A stretch of 64,000 nt of DNA from Mobula hypostoma (Eukaryota), in NCBI RefSeq assembly GCF_963921235.1, contig NC_086097.1:245894001-245958000 (forward strand), in the 5' to 3' direction. This document shows positions 10,676 through 22,756 of this stretch, piece by piece (position 1 is the first letter of the stretch; each line of letters starts with the position of its first letter). The translations under genes and the position numbers were made by a program. The notes under the pieces were generated by a model that was not told the DNA's origin, did not search any database, and worked only from the letters and a program-made list of their open reading frames with translations.

Positions 10676-12980
10676 GGTGCAGAATAAGGGCATTCAGCCC
10701 ATCAGATCTGCTATTCCATCACAGCTGATTTATTATCCCTCTCAACTCCATTCTCCTGCCTTCTCCCTGGAACCCTGAAAAATCAAGAACCTATCAACCT
10801 TCATCTTGAAACAGTCAGTCTTCTGGTAGAGAGGGTGCATTCAATCACACTCTTACAGGATGACTGAAAAGCCTAGACAGAGTGGATGTGGAGGGAAAGT
10901 CTGCTATAGTGGGGGATCTCGGACCAGAGGACAGAACCTCAGAAAACAAGGACGCCCTTTAGTATAGGGATGAAGTGGAATTACTTTAGCAAGAAGGTGA
11001 TGAATCTGTGGAGGTCAAGTCATTGGGTACATTTATATAATCATATAACCATACAACAATTACAGCACGGAAACAGGCCATCTCAGTCCTTCTAGTCCAT
11101 GCTGAACTCTTACTCTCACCTAGTCCCACCGACCTGCACTCAGCCCATAACCCTCCATTCCTTTCCTGTCCATATAGTTAGTCATAGTCATAGTCATAAT
11201 CATAGTCATACTTCATTTATCCCGGGGGAAATTCGTTTAATTGTCCAATTTAACTTTAAATGACAACATCGAACCTGCCTCTACCACTTCTGCTGGAAGC
11301 TCGTTCCACACAGCTACCACTCTCTGAAGTTACCCCTCATTTTACCCCTAAACTTTTGCCCTTTAACTCTCAACTCATGTCCTCTTGTTTGAATCTCCCC
11401 CACTCTCAATGGAAAAAGCCTATCCATGTCAACTCTATCTATCCCCCTCAACTCTATCTATCCCCCTCATAATTTTAAATACCTCTACCAAGTCCCCCCT
11501 CAACCTTCTACGTTCCAAAGAATAAAGACACAACTTGCTCAACCTTTCTCTGTAACTTAGGAGATGAAACCCAGGTAACATTCTAGTAAATCTTCTCTGT
11601 ACTCTCTCTATTTTGTTGACATCCTTCCTACAAAAGCAGAGGTTGATAGGTTCTTTATTAGTAAGGGCCTCAAAAGATACAAGGAGAAGGCAGAAGAATA
11701 GGGCTGAAGGGAACAATAATCAGCCATGATGGAATGGCGGAGCAGACTCAATGGGCTGAATGGCCTAATTCTGCTTCTATGTCTTATCGTCTTATGTCTT
11801 TCTGGATAATAAACATAGCAGGCTTGGAGGATGTCATCAGATTCAGTTCTCGTTCCAAGGAGTCAAGCTCTCCTCCCAGCTTCACATTTGGAGTACTGTG
11901 AGCAGCTGAGTACCCCATATTTAAGCAAAGATGTACCGGCATCGGAGAGGGTCCAGAGGAGGTTCACAAGAAAGATCCCCAAAATGAAAGGGTTAATATA
12001 TGAGGAGCGTTTGATAGCTCTGGGCCTGTGGGCATTGCAGTTTAGAAGAACAAGGTGGGACCTTGTTCAAACCTATCGAATATTGAAGGGCCTAGATAGA
12101 GTGGATGTGGAGATGTTTCCCAAAGTGGGAGACTCTAGGACCAGAGGTCACAGGCTCAGAATAGAGGAATGTTCATTCTAAACAGAGATGAGGAGGAATT
12201 CCATCTCCTCCCAGATTCCACCAATTAATGCATACAAGAGGAGACTTACTAAATTCACCTTCCAACTTGCACCTCTTTTGAATATGAGAGGAACCCAGAG
12301 AACGTAGGGGAAACCTATGCGGTCATAGGGAGAATATGCAAACCCCACGCAGACCGCAGTGGAACTGAACCTGGGTTGATGGTGCTGTCATAGTGTTACG
12401 CCACCCACTGGACCACCATGTCTTTGCGCTATTGTGCTGTCCCTTTAACAGAGAATTGTATCTGATGAGTAATGGAATGATTAGAGATAATGACTTAATT
12501 GAAAGTATTCCCATAAATGTGAGGTTACACACCCTTCCATATTCCAGTTATTGGAGGTTTCCCTTAATCAAGGGATTGCATCTGCTCCTGTGATGAGAGC
12601 ATTTCAACAGCTTTTCTCGCAGGCGGGGGTCTCTGCGGTCCATGGACCCCTTGCTTAATGGCATTGGCCCACGGCATAAAGAATATTTGGATCTCCTGCT
12701 TGCAGGAGCCACGGCCTCAAAGTAGAGGGCTGTCCATTTAGAATGGAGATGAGGAGGAATTTCTTCAGCCAGAGAGTGATGAATATGTGGAATTCATTGC
12801 CGCAAACGTCTGTGGAGGCCAAATCCTTGGGTATATTTGGGGCAGAGGTTGATAGATTCTTGATTAGTCAGGGCATGAAGGGATACTGGGAGAAAGCAGT
12901 AGATTGGGGCAGAGGGGGAAAAGGGATCAGCCATGATGGGCCAAAATAGTCTAATTCTGCTCCTATAACTTATGGTCTTA
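10676..12980. mobile_element. Cluster of CR1 3' fragments in both orientations plus a SINE remnant
   Basis: ORFs 11435-11716 (-), 11831-12181 (+) and 12743-12949 (+) carry ERVQRRFTR, RGDL and FFSQRV motifs. SINE remnant at ~12195-12420 (-). Confidence 0.8.
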
Positions 12981-13244
12981 TGAACTTATATTGATGAACT
13001 TCAAGAATAATTTTATGCACAATCTGCTGGCGTTGCAGGATTAGGTTAAGCTTTAAGCAAGGGAGCGGGTGGGCTACAAAAATGGTTGAATATACTCCTT
13101 TAGAGTGGGTTGGACAGGTTTTTACCATCAGATTGGATTTTTCTACCTTAGTGAACTGTAGATGTTTTTCCATTATGAAGAATTTGCATTACTGTTATTG
13201 TTTCAGCACAAGATTAATTGTGCCACAGCAATACAGATGTTGGT

Positions 13245-13800
13245 TCCTTTAGGATGCTATTACCGGGGGTGGTAATGGAGACAAGCTCCCACTACCTATT
13301 AAATGCTCCCAATGGCATGCATCTCAAACAGCCTCTGACAACCAAGTCCAGCTTCTGACCTTCACATGTGGCTTAGCTACTAAACCTGGAGGAAGTGTTT
13401 CTACTGACAGGAGAAGGGGCAAAGTTGGGTTACTGGTGACTTAAAATCAGTCGCTTCAGGCAGATGGGGCTCATCAGCTGTGGTTGGCAGCTCATCCAGG
13501 AGAAAGAAAACTCTGACCTCAAACCCTCACTGACCTGTGGCTATACCCATTCATAGGGAAGGCTTAGGGAGTAAACCCCAAAGGCAAAATACAGAGCTTG
13601 AGTCCCTAAGGCAGTCCTACGTTGAGTTCAACACTGACTGGCAACTCCTGCGATGCTGCTGGTGCCCAACTGTATTGGTCTCAGCCATTCCTTTGAGGTC
13701 ATCAGATGCATGGAGAGGGGGAGCTTGCTACGTGGGCAACAGCTTGCTCTCCATATTGTACTGCCAGGCTTGCACATCTAGACAGCTAGGACACAATATC
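13245..13800 (+). mobile_element. RTE-5'UTR-like non-autonomous repeat (~570 bp), copy 1
   Basis: Clearly homologous to 27787-28380 (+) and 23849-24415 (-). The RTE affinity is from recalled similarity only. Confidence 0.7.
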
Positions 13801-13801
13801 A

Positions 13802-14878
13802 GACCATAATACCATAAGACACAGGAACAGAATCAGGCCATTCAGCCCATTGAGTTTGCCCCGTCATTCCATCATGGCTGATCCTGGATCCCACTCAACC
13901 CCACATACCTGCCTTCTCACCATATCCTTTGATGCCCTGACCAATCAGGAAATGATCAACTTCCACCTTAAATATACTGTACCCATGGACTTGGCCTCCA
14001 CCATAGCCTGTGGCAGAGCATTCCAAAGATTCACTACTCTCTGGCTAAAAAAAATTCCTCCTTACCTCTGTCCTAAAAGGCCACCCCTCAATTTTGAGAC
14101 TGTGCCCTCTAGTTCTGGACAATCCTACCAGAGGAAACATCCTCTCCACATCCACCCTATCTAGTCCTTTCAACATTTGGTAGGTTTCAATGAGATCCCC
14201 AGCAATCTTCTAAATTCTAGTGAGTACCGGCCCAAAGCTGCCAAACACTCATATGTCAAACCCTTCAATCCTGGAATCATCCTCATGAACCTCCTCTGGA
14301 CTTGCTCCAATGACAATACATTCTTTCTGAGATATGGTGCCCAAAACTGTTGACAATACTCCAAGTGTGGCCTGACTAGTGTCTTATAAAGCTTCAGCAT
14401 TATCTGCTTGCTTTTATATTCTATTCCCCTTGAAATAAGTGCCAACATTGCATTTGCCTTCTTCACCACAGACTCAACCTGTAAATTTATCTTCTGGGAG
14501 TCTTGCACGAGAACTCCCAAGTCCCTCTGCACCTCTGATGTTTGGACCTTCTCCCCATTTAGATAATAGTCCGCACTATTGTTCCTCTTAGCAAAATGCA
14601 TTATCATACATTTCCCAACACTGTATTCCATCTGCCACATTTTTGCCCATCCTTCTAATCTTTGTATCATCCACAGACTTTGCCACAAAGCCATCAATTG
14701 CATTATCTAAATTATTGACAAATAATTTGAAAAGTAGTGGTCCCAATACTGACCCCTGAGGAACACCTCTAGTCACCAGCCGCCAACCAGAAAAGGTCCC
14801 TTTTATTCCCACTGGCTGCCTCCAGCCTGTCAGCAATTCTGCTATCCATGCCAGTATCTTTCCTGTAACGCCTTAGGA
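13802..14878 (-). mobile_element. CR1 LINE, RT C-terminal half + 3'UTR, frameshifted
   Basis: Motifs [31 protein letters not shown] and LVRPHLEYC. Confidence 0.92.
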
Positions 14879-15196
14879 TTCCGCCTTTCTCGTGTTTGAC
14901 ATTTCAGCCAATGTCCCCACGTACATGTGACAAATAAAGATGGTCTTTAAAACTTTAAAGCATGTTGCTTATGCCTTCTGATGTATTACGTCAAGTTTTG
15001 GGAACATGTTTTGGACATGTAGAAAGACTTGGGGAAGTCAGAGGTAGATTTGTTTACATAGCAAGTGGAGGGTGCATGGAACTGTGCTGCCAGGAATGCT
15101 GGTAGATGCAGATACATTTGAGACATTTAAGAGACTTACAGATATGCACATGGATGACAGAAAAATGCAGGACTTTATGGGAAGGAAGAGTTAGAT

Positions 15197-15247
15197 CAGG
15201 GGTTCTCAACCTTTGTTATGCCATGGACCCCTGATTGGGAACCCCTG
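15197..15247. mobile_element. 51-bp hAT-type MITE
   Basis: TIRs CAGGGGTTCTCAA/TTGGGAACCCCTG and 8-bp TSD AGTTAGAT/GGTTAGAT. Longer relatives at ~12620-12700, 53085-53180 and 57368-57448. Confidence 0.75.
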
Positions 15248-15420
15248 GGTTAGATGGATCTTAGAGCAGGCTGAAAGGTCAACACAAAATCATGGGATGA
15301 AGGGCCTGTACTGTACCTGTTGCCTTTATTCAGTGTTCTGTTTCCCCTCTACTCCCTCAGTGCACTGTTGTAATGACGTGACCTGTATGGACATCACGCA
15401 AAACAAAGTTTTTTTTTACT

Positions 15421-15610
15421 AACACGAGAAAATCTGCTGCTGGAAATCCAAAGGAATGTGCACAAAATGCTGGAGGAACTCAGCAGGTCAGGTAGTAAAC
15501 AGTCAACGTTTCGGGCCGAGACCCTTCATCAAGGCTGGAGAAGGGTCTCGGCTGAAAGGTCGACTGTTTACTGCCTGACCTGCTGAATTCCTCCAGCATT
15601 TTGTGTATTT
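15421..15610. mobile_element. Fold-back (inverted) pair of Penelope-like terminal repeats
   Basis: Arms of ~67 bp at 15461-15527 and 15540-15605 are reverse complements. The minus strand has UUGAUGA-AGGG..CCC-GAAACGUU. Confidence 0.8.
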
Positions 15611-15681
15611 TGTTCAAAGTTTTTACTGTACCTTGGTTTATCTGACAATAATACACCAATCAATGAGTTTACCCATGATCC

Positions 15682-16065
15682 TGGGTGGTGACATGGAGAT
15701 ACCTCTATACCGATGAGGGTGTGAGGCTCTCCTTCCCTTCACTAGCCTGCAGGTCACCCTTACGTGAGGTGTAGCACCTGCTTAGCCCCCCGATCAGAGG
15801 CACGTGAAGTCATGGGAGCAGGTGGTGGATGGTCATATGAGCAGCTGGTGCATATCACAAATCCTGGTTATATGATCACTAACACCAGGCAAACAATCTC
15901 TGAAGATTATTGATAATGGCTGGTGTCACCTGTCTTGTAAAGACACTGCCCAGAAGAAGGCAAATGGCAAACTACTTCTGTCGAAAAGTTTGCCAAGAAC
16001 AGCCATGGTCATGGGAAAGACCATGATCATCCACGTCCACGTCGTACAGCACAGTACATAATGAA
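15682..16065 (+). mobile_element. RTE/BovB-related non-autonomous repeat
   Basis: Contains GAAGGCAAATGGCAAACTACTTCTG..TTTGCCAAGAA, an RTE/BovB-type motif, and several hairpins. Confidence 0.5.
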
Positions 16066-16808
16066 GAAACAAACCCACAAAGAACCCCAGCGTTTTGTAC
16101 ATAAATCTCATCCCTTAGAATTTTCTGCAATCATTTTCTTAGCAGTGACAAAGGATCTGGAGTTTCCTGGCTTCAACATGCTGCTGTTCATCAATAAAGG
16201 ACAACTGGAGAGGACTATAAGACTGGACCTACACAATGAACGATAGGACCTTGGTGAATGTAGAGGAATAGAAGGACCTCGGTGTACAGGACCAAAGATC
16301 CCTGAAGGTGGCAGTACAGACAAAAACATAGAGAATTTTTGCTCTGATTAGCTGGGAATAAGTTATAAGGACATCAAACATAAAACACGACAGCACAGTA
16401 CTGGACGCTTGGCCATGATATTGTGCTGACCTTTGAACCTACTCCAAGATTAATCTAATCCTTCTCTCATCTATGTGCCTATCTAAGATTTTCTTAAATG
16501 TCCCTAATGTAACTGCCTCCACCCCTGGCAGGGCCTTCCATGTACCCAATCCACCACTCTCTGTGTAAAGAACTTACCTCTGACATCTCCCCTATACTTT
16601 TCTCCTGTCACCTTAAAATTATCCCCTCATATAAGCCATCTCTCCCGTGGGAAAATACCTCTGGCTGTCCAGTTGACCTTTGCCTCTTATCACCTCGTAC
16701 ACCTCTGTCCAAGACCTCAAGGGTGTTATTGGCGCGAGATGATGACATCACAATGGCAGTGACGGAGGAGGAAGGCCGCAGCAGTGAAGGGTCCCCGGTC
16801 CTCTTGCA

Positions 16809-18938
16809 TTGAACTTAAAGAGGGGTAACTTTGAAGGTATGAGACGTGAATTAGCTAAGATAGACTGGCAAATGACACTTAAAGGATTGACGGTGGATAT
16901 GCAATGGCAAGCATTTAAAGGTTGCATGGATGAACTACAACAATTGTTCATCCCAGTTCGGCAAAAGAATAAATCAAGGAAGGTAGTGCACCCGTGGCTG
17001 ACAAGAGAAATTAGGGATAGTATCAATTCCAAAGAAGTAGCATACAAATTAACCAGAGAAAGTGGCTCACCTGAGGACTGGGAGAAATTCAGAGTTCAGC
17101 AGAGGAGGACAAAGGGCTTAATTAGGAAGGGGAAAAAAGATTATGAGAGAAAACTGGCGGGGAACATAAAAACGGACTGTAAAAGCTTTTATAGATATGT
17201 AAAAAGGAAAAGACTGGTAAAGACAAATGTAGGTCCCCTGCAGACAGAAACAGGTGAATTGATTATGGGGAGCAAGGACATGGCAGACCAATTGAATAAT
17301 TACTTTGGTTCTGTCTTCACTAAGGAGGACATAAATAATCTTCCAGAAATAGTAAGGGACAGAGGGTCCAGTAAGATGGAGGAACTGAGTGAAATACATG
17401 TTAGTAGGGAAGTGGTGTTAGGTAAATTGAAGGGATTGAAGGCAGATAAATCCCCAGGGCCAGATGGTCTGCATCCTAGAGTGCTTAAGGAAGTAGCCCA
17501 AGAAATAGTAGATGCATTAGTGATAATTTTTCAAAACTCGTTAGATTCTGGACTAGTTCCTGAGGATTGGAGGGTGGCTAACGTAACCCCACTTTTTAAA
17601 AAAGGAGGGAGAGAGAAACCGGGGAATTATAGACCGGTTAGCCTAACGTCGGTGGTGGGGAAACTGCTGGAGTCAGTTATCAAGGATGTGATAACAGCAC
17701 ATTTGGAAAGCGGTGAAATGATCGGACAAAGTCAGCATGGATTTGTGAAAGGAAAATCATGTCTGACGAATCTCATAGAATTTTTTGAGGATGTAACTAG
17801 TAGAGTGGATAGGGGAGAACCAGTGGATGTGGTATATTTGGATTTTCAAAAGGCTTTTGACAAGGTCCCACACAGGAGATTAGTGTGCAAACTTAAAGCA
17901 CACGGTATTGGGGGTAAGGTGTTGGTGTGGGTGGAGAATTGGTTAGCAGACAGGAAGCAAAGAGTGGGAATAAACGGAACCTTTTCAGAATGGCAGGCGG
18001 TGACTAGTGGGGTACCGCAAGGCTCAGTGCTGGGACCCCAGTTGTTTACAATATATATTAATGACTTGGATGAGGGAATTAAATGCAGCATCTCCAAGTT
18101 TGCGGATGACACAAAGCTGGGTGGCAGTGTTAGCAGTGAGGAGGATGCTAAGAGGATGCAGGGTGACTTGGATAGGTTGGGTGAGTGGGCAAATTCATGG
18201 CAGATGCAATTTAATGTGGATAAATGTGAAGTTATCCACTTTGGTGGCAAAAATAGGAAAACAGATTATTATCTGAATGGTGGCCGATTAGGAAAAGGGG
18301 AGGTGCAACGAGACCTGGGTGTCATTATACACCAGTCATTGAAAGTGGGCATGCAGGTAAAGCAGGCGGTGAAAAAGGCGAATGGTATGCTGGCATTTAT
18401 AGTGAGAGGATTCGAGTATAGGAGCAGGGAGGTACTACTGCAGTTGTACAAGGCCTTGGTGAGACCACACCTGGAGTATTGTGTGCAGTTTTGGTCCCCT
18501 AATCTGAGGAAAGACATCTTTGCCATAGAGGGAGTACAAAGAAGGTTCACCAGATTGATTCCTGGGATGGCAGGACTTTCATATGAAGAAAGACTGGATG
18601 AACTGGGCTTGTACTCGTTGGAATTTAGAAGATTGAGGGGGGATCTGATTGAAACGTATAAGATCCTAAAGGGATTGGACAGGCTAGATGCAGGAAGATT
18701 GTTCCCGGTGTTGGGGAAGTCCAGAACGAGGGGCCACAGTTTGAGGATAGAGGGGAAGCCTTTTAGGACCGAGATTAGGAAAAACTTCTTCACACAGAGA
18801 GTGGTGAATCTGTGGAATTCTCTGCCATAGGAAACAGTTGAGGCCAGTTCATTGGCTATGTTTAAGAGGGAGTTAGATATGGCCCTTGTGGCTACAAGGG
18901 TCAGGGGGTATGGAGGGAAGGCTGGGGCGGGGTTCTGA
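16809..18938 (+). pseudogene. CR1 ORF2 reverse transcriptase (partial; premature TAG at 18828-18830)
   Basis: RT motifs [52 protein letters not shown] and KFADDTKL. After the TAG the frame continues ETVEASSLAMFKRELD.. to TGA at 18936-18938. Confidence 0.93.
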
Positions 18939-19027
18939 GTTGGGTGATCAGCCATGATCATAATAAATGGCGGTGCAGGCTCGAAGGGCCGAATGGCCTA
19001 CTCCTGCACCTATTTTCTATGTTTCTA
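16809..19027 (+). mobile_element. Young 5'-truncated CR1 LINE
   Basis: Uninterrupted 673-codon frame, then a short 3'UTR and TTTCTATGTTTCTA tail. No endonuclease domain is present. Confidence 0.97.
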
Positions 19028-19314
19028 TTCCGTGTCACTGGACCCTGACACTAATCTGTCAAGGACCGTGTGGCAGTTTCCTGTGCATCAGCCTCCCCAC
19101 ATTACACAAAGTCATGTACAGGCGTTCTCCATTGAGAGAATCACCCCCTGGGAGAACATCATACTCAACTCGAGTGATCGCAATACCACGTTACCTCTTA
19201 TCTTCCTTCACTCCAGAGAGAAAAGGACCCAGCACACTCGACTATTGGAAGACAGCAAACATGACTTCCTTCTTCAAGAAGGGAGGACAAGAAAATATGG
19301 GAAACTACATAGAT

Positions 19315-19905
19315 TTCTGTGCAAAACTCTTAGGCACATATATATATCTGAAGTGTCTAACACTTTTGCACAGTACTGTATTTGTCAACGTGGAGCGGAG
19401 AGCGAGTTTGTAAATCTAGTGGGAGAAAAGAATGTTGGGATTTGCAAGGGTGGAGGACTGTGGGGGAGGGGGTTGTGTACAGATGACAGAGAAGGAGTGT
19501 AAGTGGCGGGGGGGGGGTGATGTGGGCACAGACACACCCAGCCCTGAGACACCAGGCAAGGTCATTTGATTCCAAACAATTGGTTTATTGATCATTTCAG
19601 AATGTCTCTCTGGTGCTTCCTGCTCCCTCCCCTCTCCCTTCCCCTTTTCCCAACCATGATTCCCCTCTTCCTGCCCCCTTCCCACTCCCAGTGCACCATA
19701 GAGACCCATCTCAGAATCAGGTTTATCATCACTCACATATGTCATGAAATTTGTTTTTTTTTGTGGCAGCTGTACAGTGCAATACATAAAATGACAACAG
19801 CACTGTGCACCCTAGCTACATACAGGTGTCTCAGGCTTGGGCATAGGGTGTCTTAGGCACCCTAGCTACATACAGTATACGTGCATAAGAAGTTTGCACA
19901 GTATT
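19315..19905 (+). mobile_element. Composite MITE-cargo-MITE unit
   Basis: Palindromic MITE at 19315-19380, ~415-bp cargo, second MITE at 19797-19905 with an internal duplication. Confidence 0.7.
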
Positions 19906-20394
19906 TTGGCTCAATGCATCGTGTTAGGAGTTGACCTGTTTGGACAATACGTGAGAAAAGGTTTTCATTGTATGTCGGTACATGTGATAAAAATTAACAA
20001 TTCCATTTCCAAAGATCAGAAACAAGCTGATACAAATGTGTAATCTCACCTCGAGAGATGTTTATGATCACAAGATACAAGAGAATCAAAGGAGCACAGC
20101 CTCTTTCACAGAACAATCTCCTTCGTGCTCCTGTACACGTTCTACATGTCCCTCCGGTACCTTCACATATTTATCCACTTTCCATTCAATACTGTACCCA
20201 GCTCTGCACCAGGCACAGCTTCTTCTATTCATCTTCACCTGTTGGAGAGGAAGGTTGTCCTCTCGTTGCCTTGGTACTTCTGCCAAATATCCTAACTGCA
20301 CTGCCCTGTAAACACTTTAAACCACTTACAATGTTGATTACATTGTAAATACGCTGGTATTTATGTTCTTATTCATATTTTATTCCATATACAA

Positions 20395-21526
20395 TACTGC
20401 TTATTGAGAAAGTAAGGAGGCATGGGATCCAAGGGGACATTGCTTTGTGGATCCAGAACTGGCTTGCCCACAGAAGGCAAAGAGTGGTTGTAGACGGGTC
20501 ATATTCTGCATGGAGGCTGGTCACCAGTGGTGTGCCTCACCGGCCTCCATGTAGAATATGACCCATCTGTTCTGGGACCCTTAATCTTTGTGATTTTTAT
20601 AAATGACCTGGATGAGGAAGTGGAGGGATGGGTTAGTAAGTTTGCTGATCACACAAAGGTTGGGGGTGTTGTGGATAGTGTGGAGGGCTGTCAGAGGTTA
20701 CAGCGGGACATTGATAGGATGCAAAACTGGGCTGAGAAGTGGCAGATGGAGTTCAACCCAGATAAGTGTGAGGTGGTTCATTTTGGTAGGTCAAATATGT
20801 TGGCAGAATATAGTATTAATGGTAAGACTCTTGGCAGTGTGGAGGATCAGAGGGATCTTGAGGTCCGAGTCCATAGGACACTCAAAGCTGCTGCGCAGGT
20901 TGACTCTGTGGTTAAGAAGGTATACAGTGTATTGGCCTTCATCAATCGTGGGATTGAGTTTAGGAGCTGAGAGGTAATGTTGCAGCTATATAGGACCCTG
21001 ATCAGACCCCACTTGGAGTACTGTGCTCAATTCTGGTCGCCTCACTACAGGAAGGACGTGGAAACCACAGAAAGAGTGCAGAGGATATTTACAAGGATGT
21101 TGCCCGGATTGGGGAACATGCCTTATGAGAATAGGTTGAGTGAACTCGGCCTTTTCTCCTTGGAGCAACGGAGGATGAGAGGTGACCTGATAGAAGTGTA
21201 CAAGATTCTGAGAGGCATTGATTGTGTGGATAGTCAGAGGCTTTTTCCCAGGGCTGAAATGACTAGCATGAGAGGAGACAGTTTTAAAGTGCTTGGAAGT
21301 TGGTACAGAGGAGATGTCAGAGTTAAGTCTTTTACGCAGAGTGGTGAGTGAGTGGAATGGGCTGCCAGCGGCAGTGGTGGGGACTCCTGGATAGATACAC
21401 GGAGCTTAGAAAATAGAGGGCTATGCGTAAGACTAGGTAGTTCTAAGGTAAGGACATGTTCAGTACAGCTTTGTGGGCCTAAGGGCCTGTATTGTGCTGT
21501 AGGTTTTCTATGTTTCTATGTTTCTA
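20395..21526 (+). mobile_element. CR1 LINE RT C-terminal half + 3'UTR
   Basis: Motifs [24 protein letters not shown] and RPHLEYCAQFWSP, with a (TTTCTATG)n tail. Confidence 0.92.
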
Positions 21527-22364
21527 AAAGGGGATAACTACACTCACTTGCCCCATCATTGAAATGTTCCTACAACCAATGATCTCACTTTCAGGGGGCC
21601 ATATAGTAGGAAGGTTTAGATTGATCTTAGAGTTGGTTAAAGGTCAGCACAGCATCATGGGATGAATGGCCTGTACTGTGCTGTACTGTTCTCTGTTCTA
21701 AGCTCTATAATTAAAGCACAGCATTCACTGCCTCTCGTTCATTACTCAGCTGCTCTCATTGCATCGGTGGTCACAGTGCAACTCTGACTGAGATTTATTG
21801 CAATTTATTTTGTGCATTCCTTATAGTGGCCTCAAAGTACCTCAGCAGTTCTGAAGATTTCCCATTTCCTCCAAGAAATCACAGCAAACTACAAACATTA
21901 GAAAATAAAAATAAAAAATACATATTTAAAATGTTAATAAGATTGAAAGAATGCAGAGAAAATTTATGAGGAGATTGCCATGACTTGAGGATTTGAAGGA
22001 TAGAGAGAGTATGAATGGTTTTGGACTTTATTCTCTGCAGTGTAGGAGAGTGAGGGGAGATTTGATAAAGCTATTCAAAATTATGAGGGGTATAGATAGG
22101 GTAAATGCAAGCTGGCTTTTTCCACTGAACACATATGTGTGTTGCCTGAAATTCCAGCATCTGCAGATTTCTTCGTGTTTGCGTTTTTCCACTGAAGTTG
22201 GGTGAGACTAGAACTAGAGGTCATGGGTTAAGGGTGAAAGGTTTAATGTTTAAAGGGATCATGAGGGGGAACTTCTTCACCCAGAGGGTGGAGCAAGTGT
22301 GGAACCAGCGGCCAAGGGAAGTGGTGGATGTGGGTTTGATTTCAAAATTCAAGAGTAATTTTGA

Positions 22365-22547
22365 CAGCTCTCGTTACATGCACATGCAGTTCAGCTCTTT
22401 CAGTGATCATGCAGAAAGTTTGAAGCTAATAACTCATCTCCTTTTACCTTAGGCCATGAACTTATCAATCACCCTGATGCGTTATTAACTAATTTTCTAA
22501 AATTGACTCCTTCTACGTTAGGCCACGATCTTATCAATCATCCCTCG
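22365..22547. mobile_element. Mariner-like terminal remnant with duplicated TIR
   Basis: Two direct copies of CTCCTT.TAC.TTAGGCCA.GA.CTTATCAATCA.CC at ~22438-22475 and 22507-22547, ending CCCTCG|TA (reverse CGAGGG mariner-type terminus). Confidence 0.55.
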
Positions 22548-22756
22548 TAAATAATACTGAGTTCAAGAGTCCTTGAAAGTTAGCCTCTAGATTGTGGAAT
22601 AAGTTAAACATTGAGTGAACGAAGGAACACTGAGTTTCTCCAGCATTTTATGTGTGTTGCTCAGATAAGCCGGAGAGGATCAGCAGTAGTCCCTAGTTCC
22701 AAAAACTTCCCATAAGAAGACACATCCTTCCCTTTTCATAGCAACAGAAATGTATA

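Noticed and set aside
13345..13420. Twister ribozyme reading of the RTE-like head
   Set aside because: It has CUCC..AAGCCCG..GGAGAAGGG echoes but lacks the GCCGGUCCC segment needed for the twister pseudoknots.
17846..18961. 134-aa and 230-aa minus-strand ORFs
   Set aside because: Antisense frames of the CR1 reverse transcriptase.
18954..19502. 182-aa ORF after the CR1
   Set aside because: Chance frame across the CR1 3'UTR, unique sequence and a MITE.
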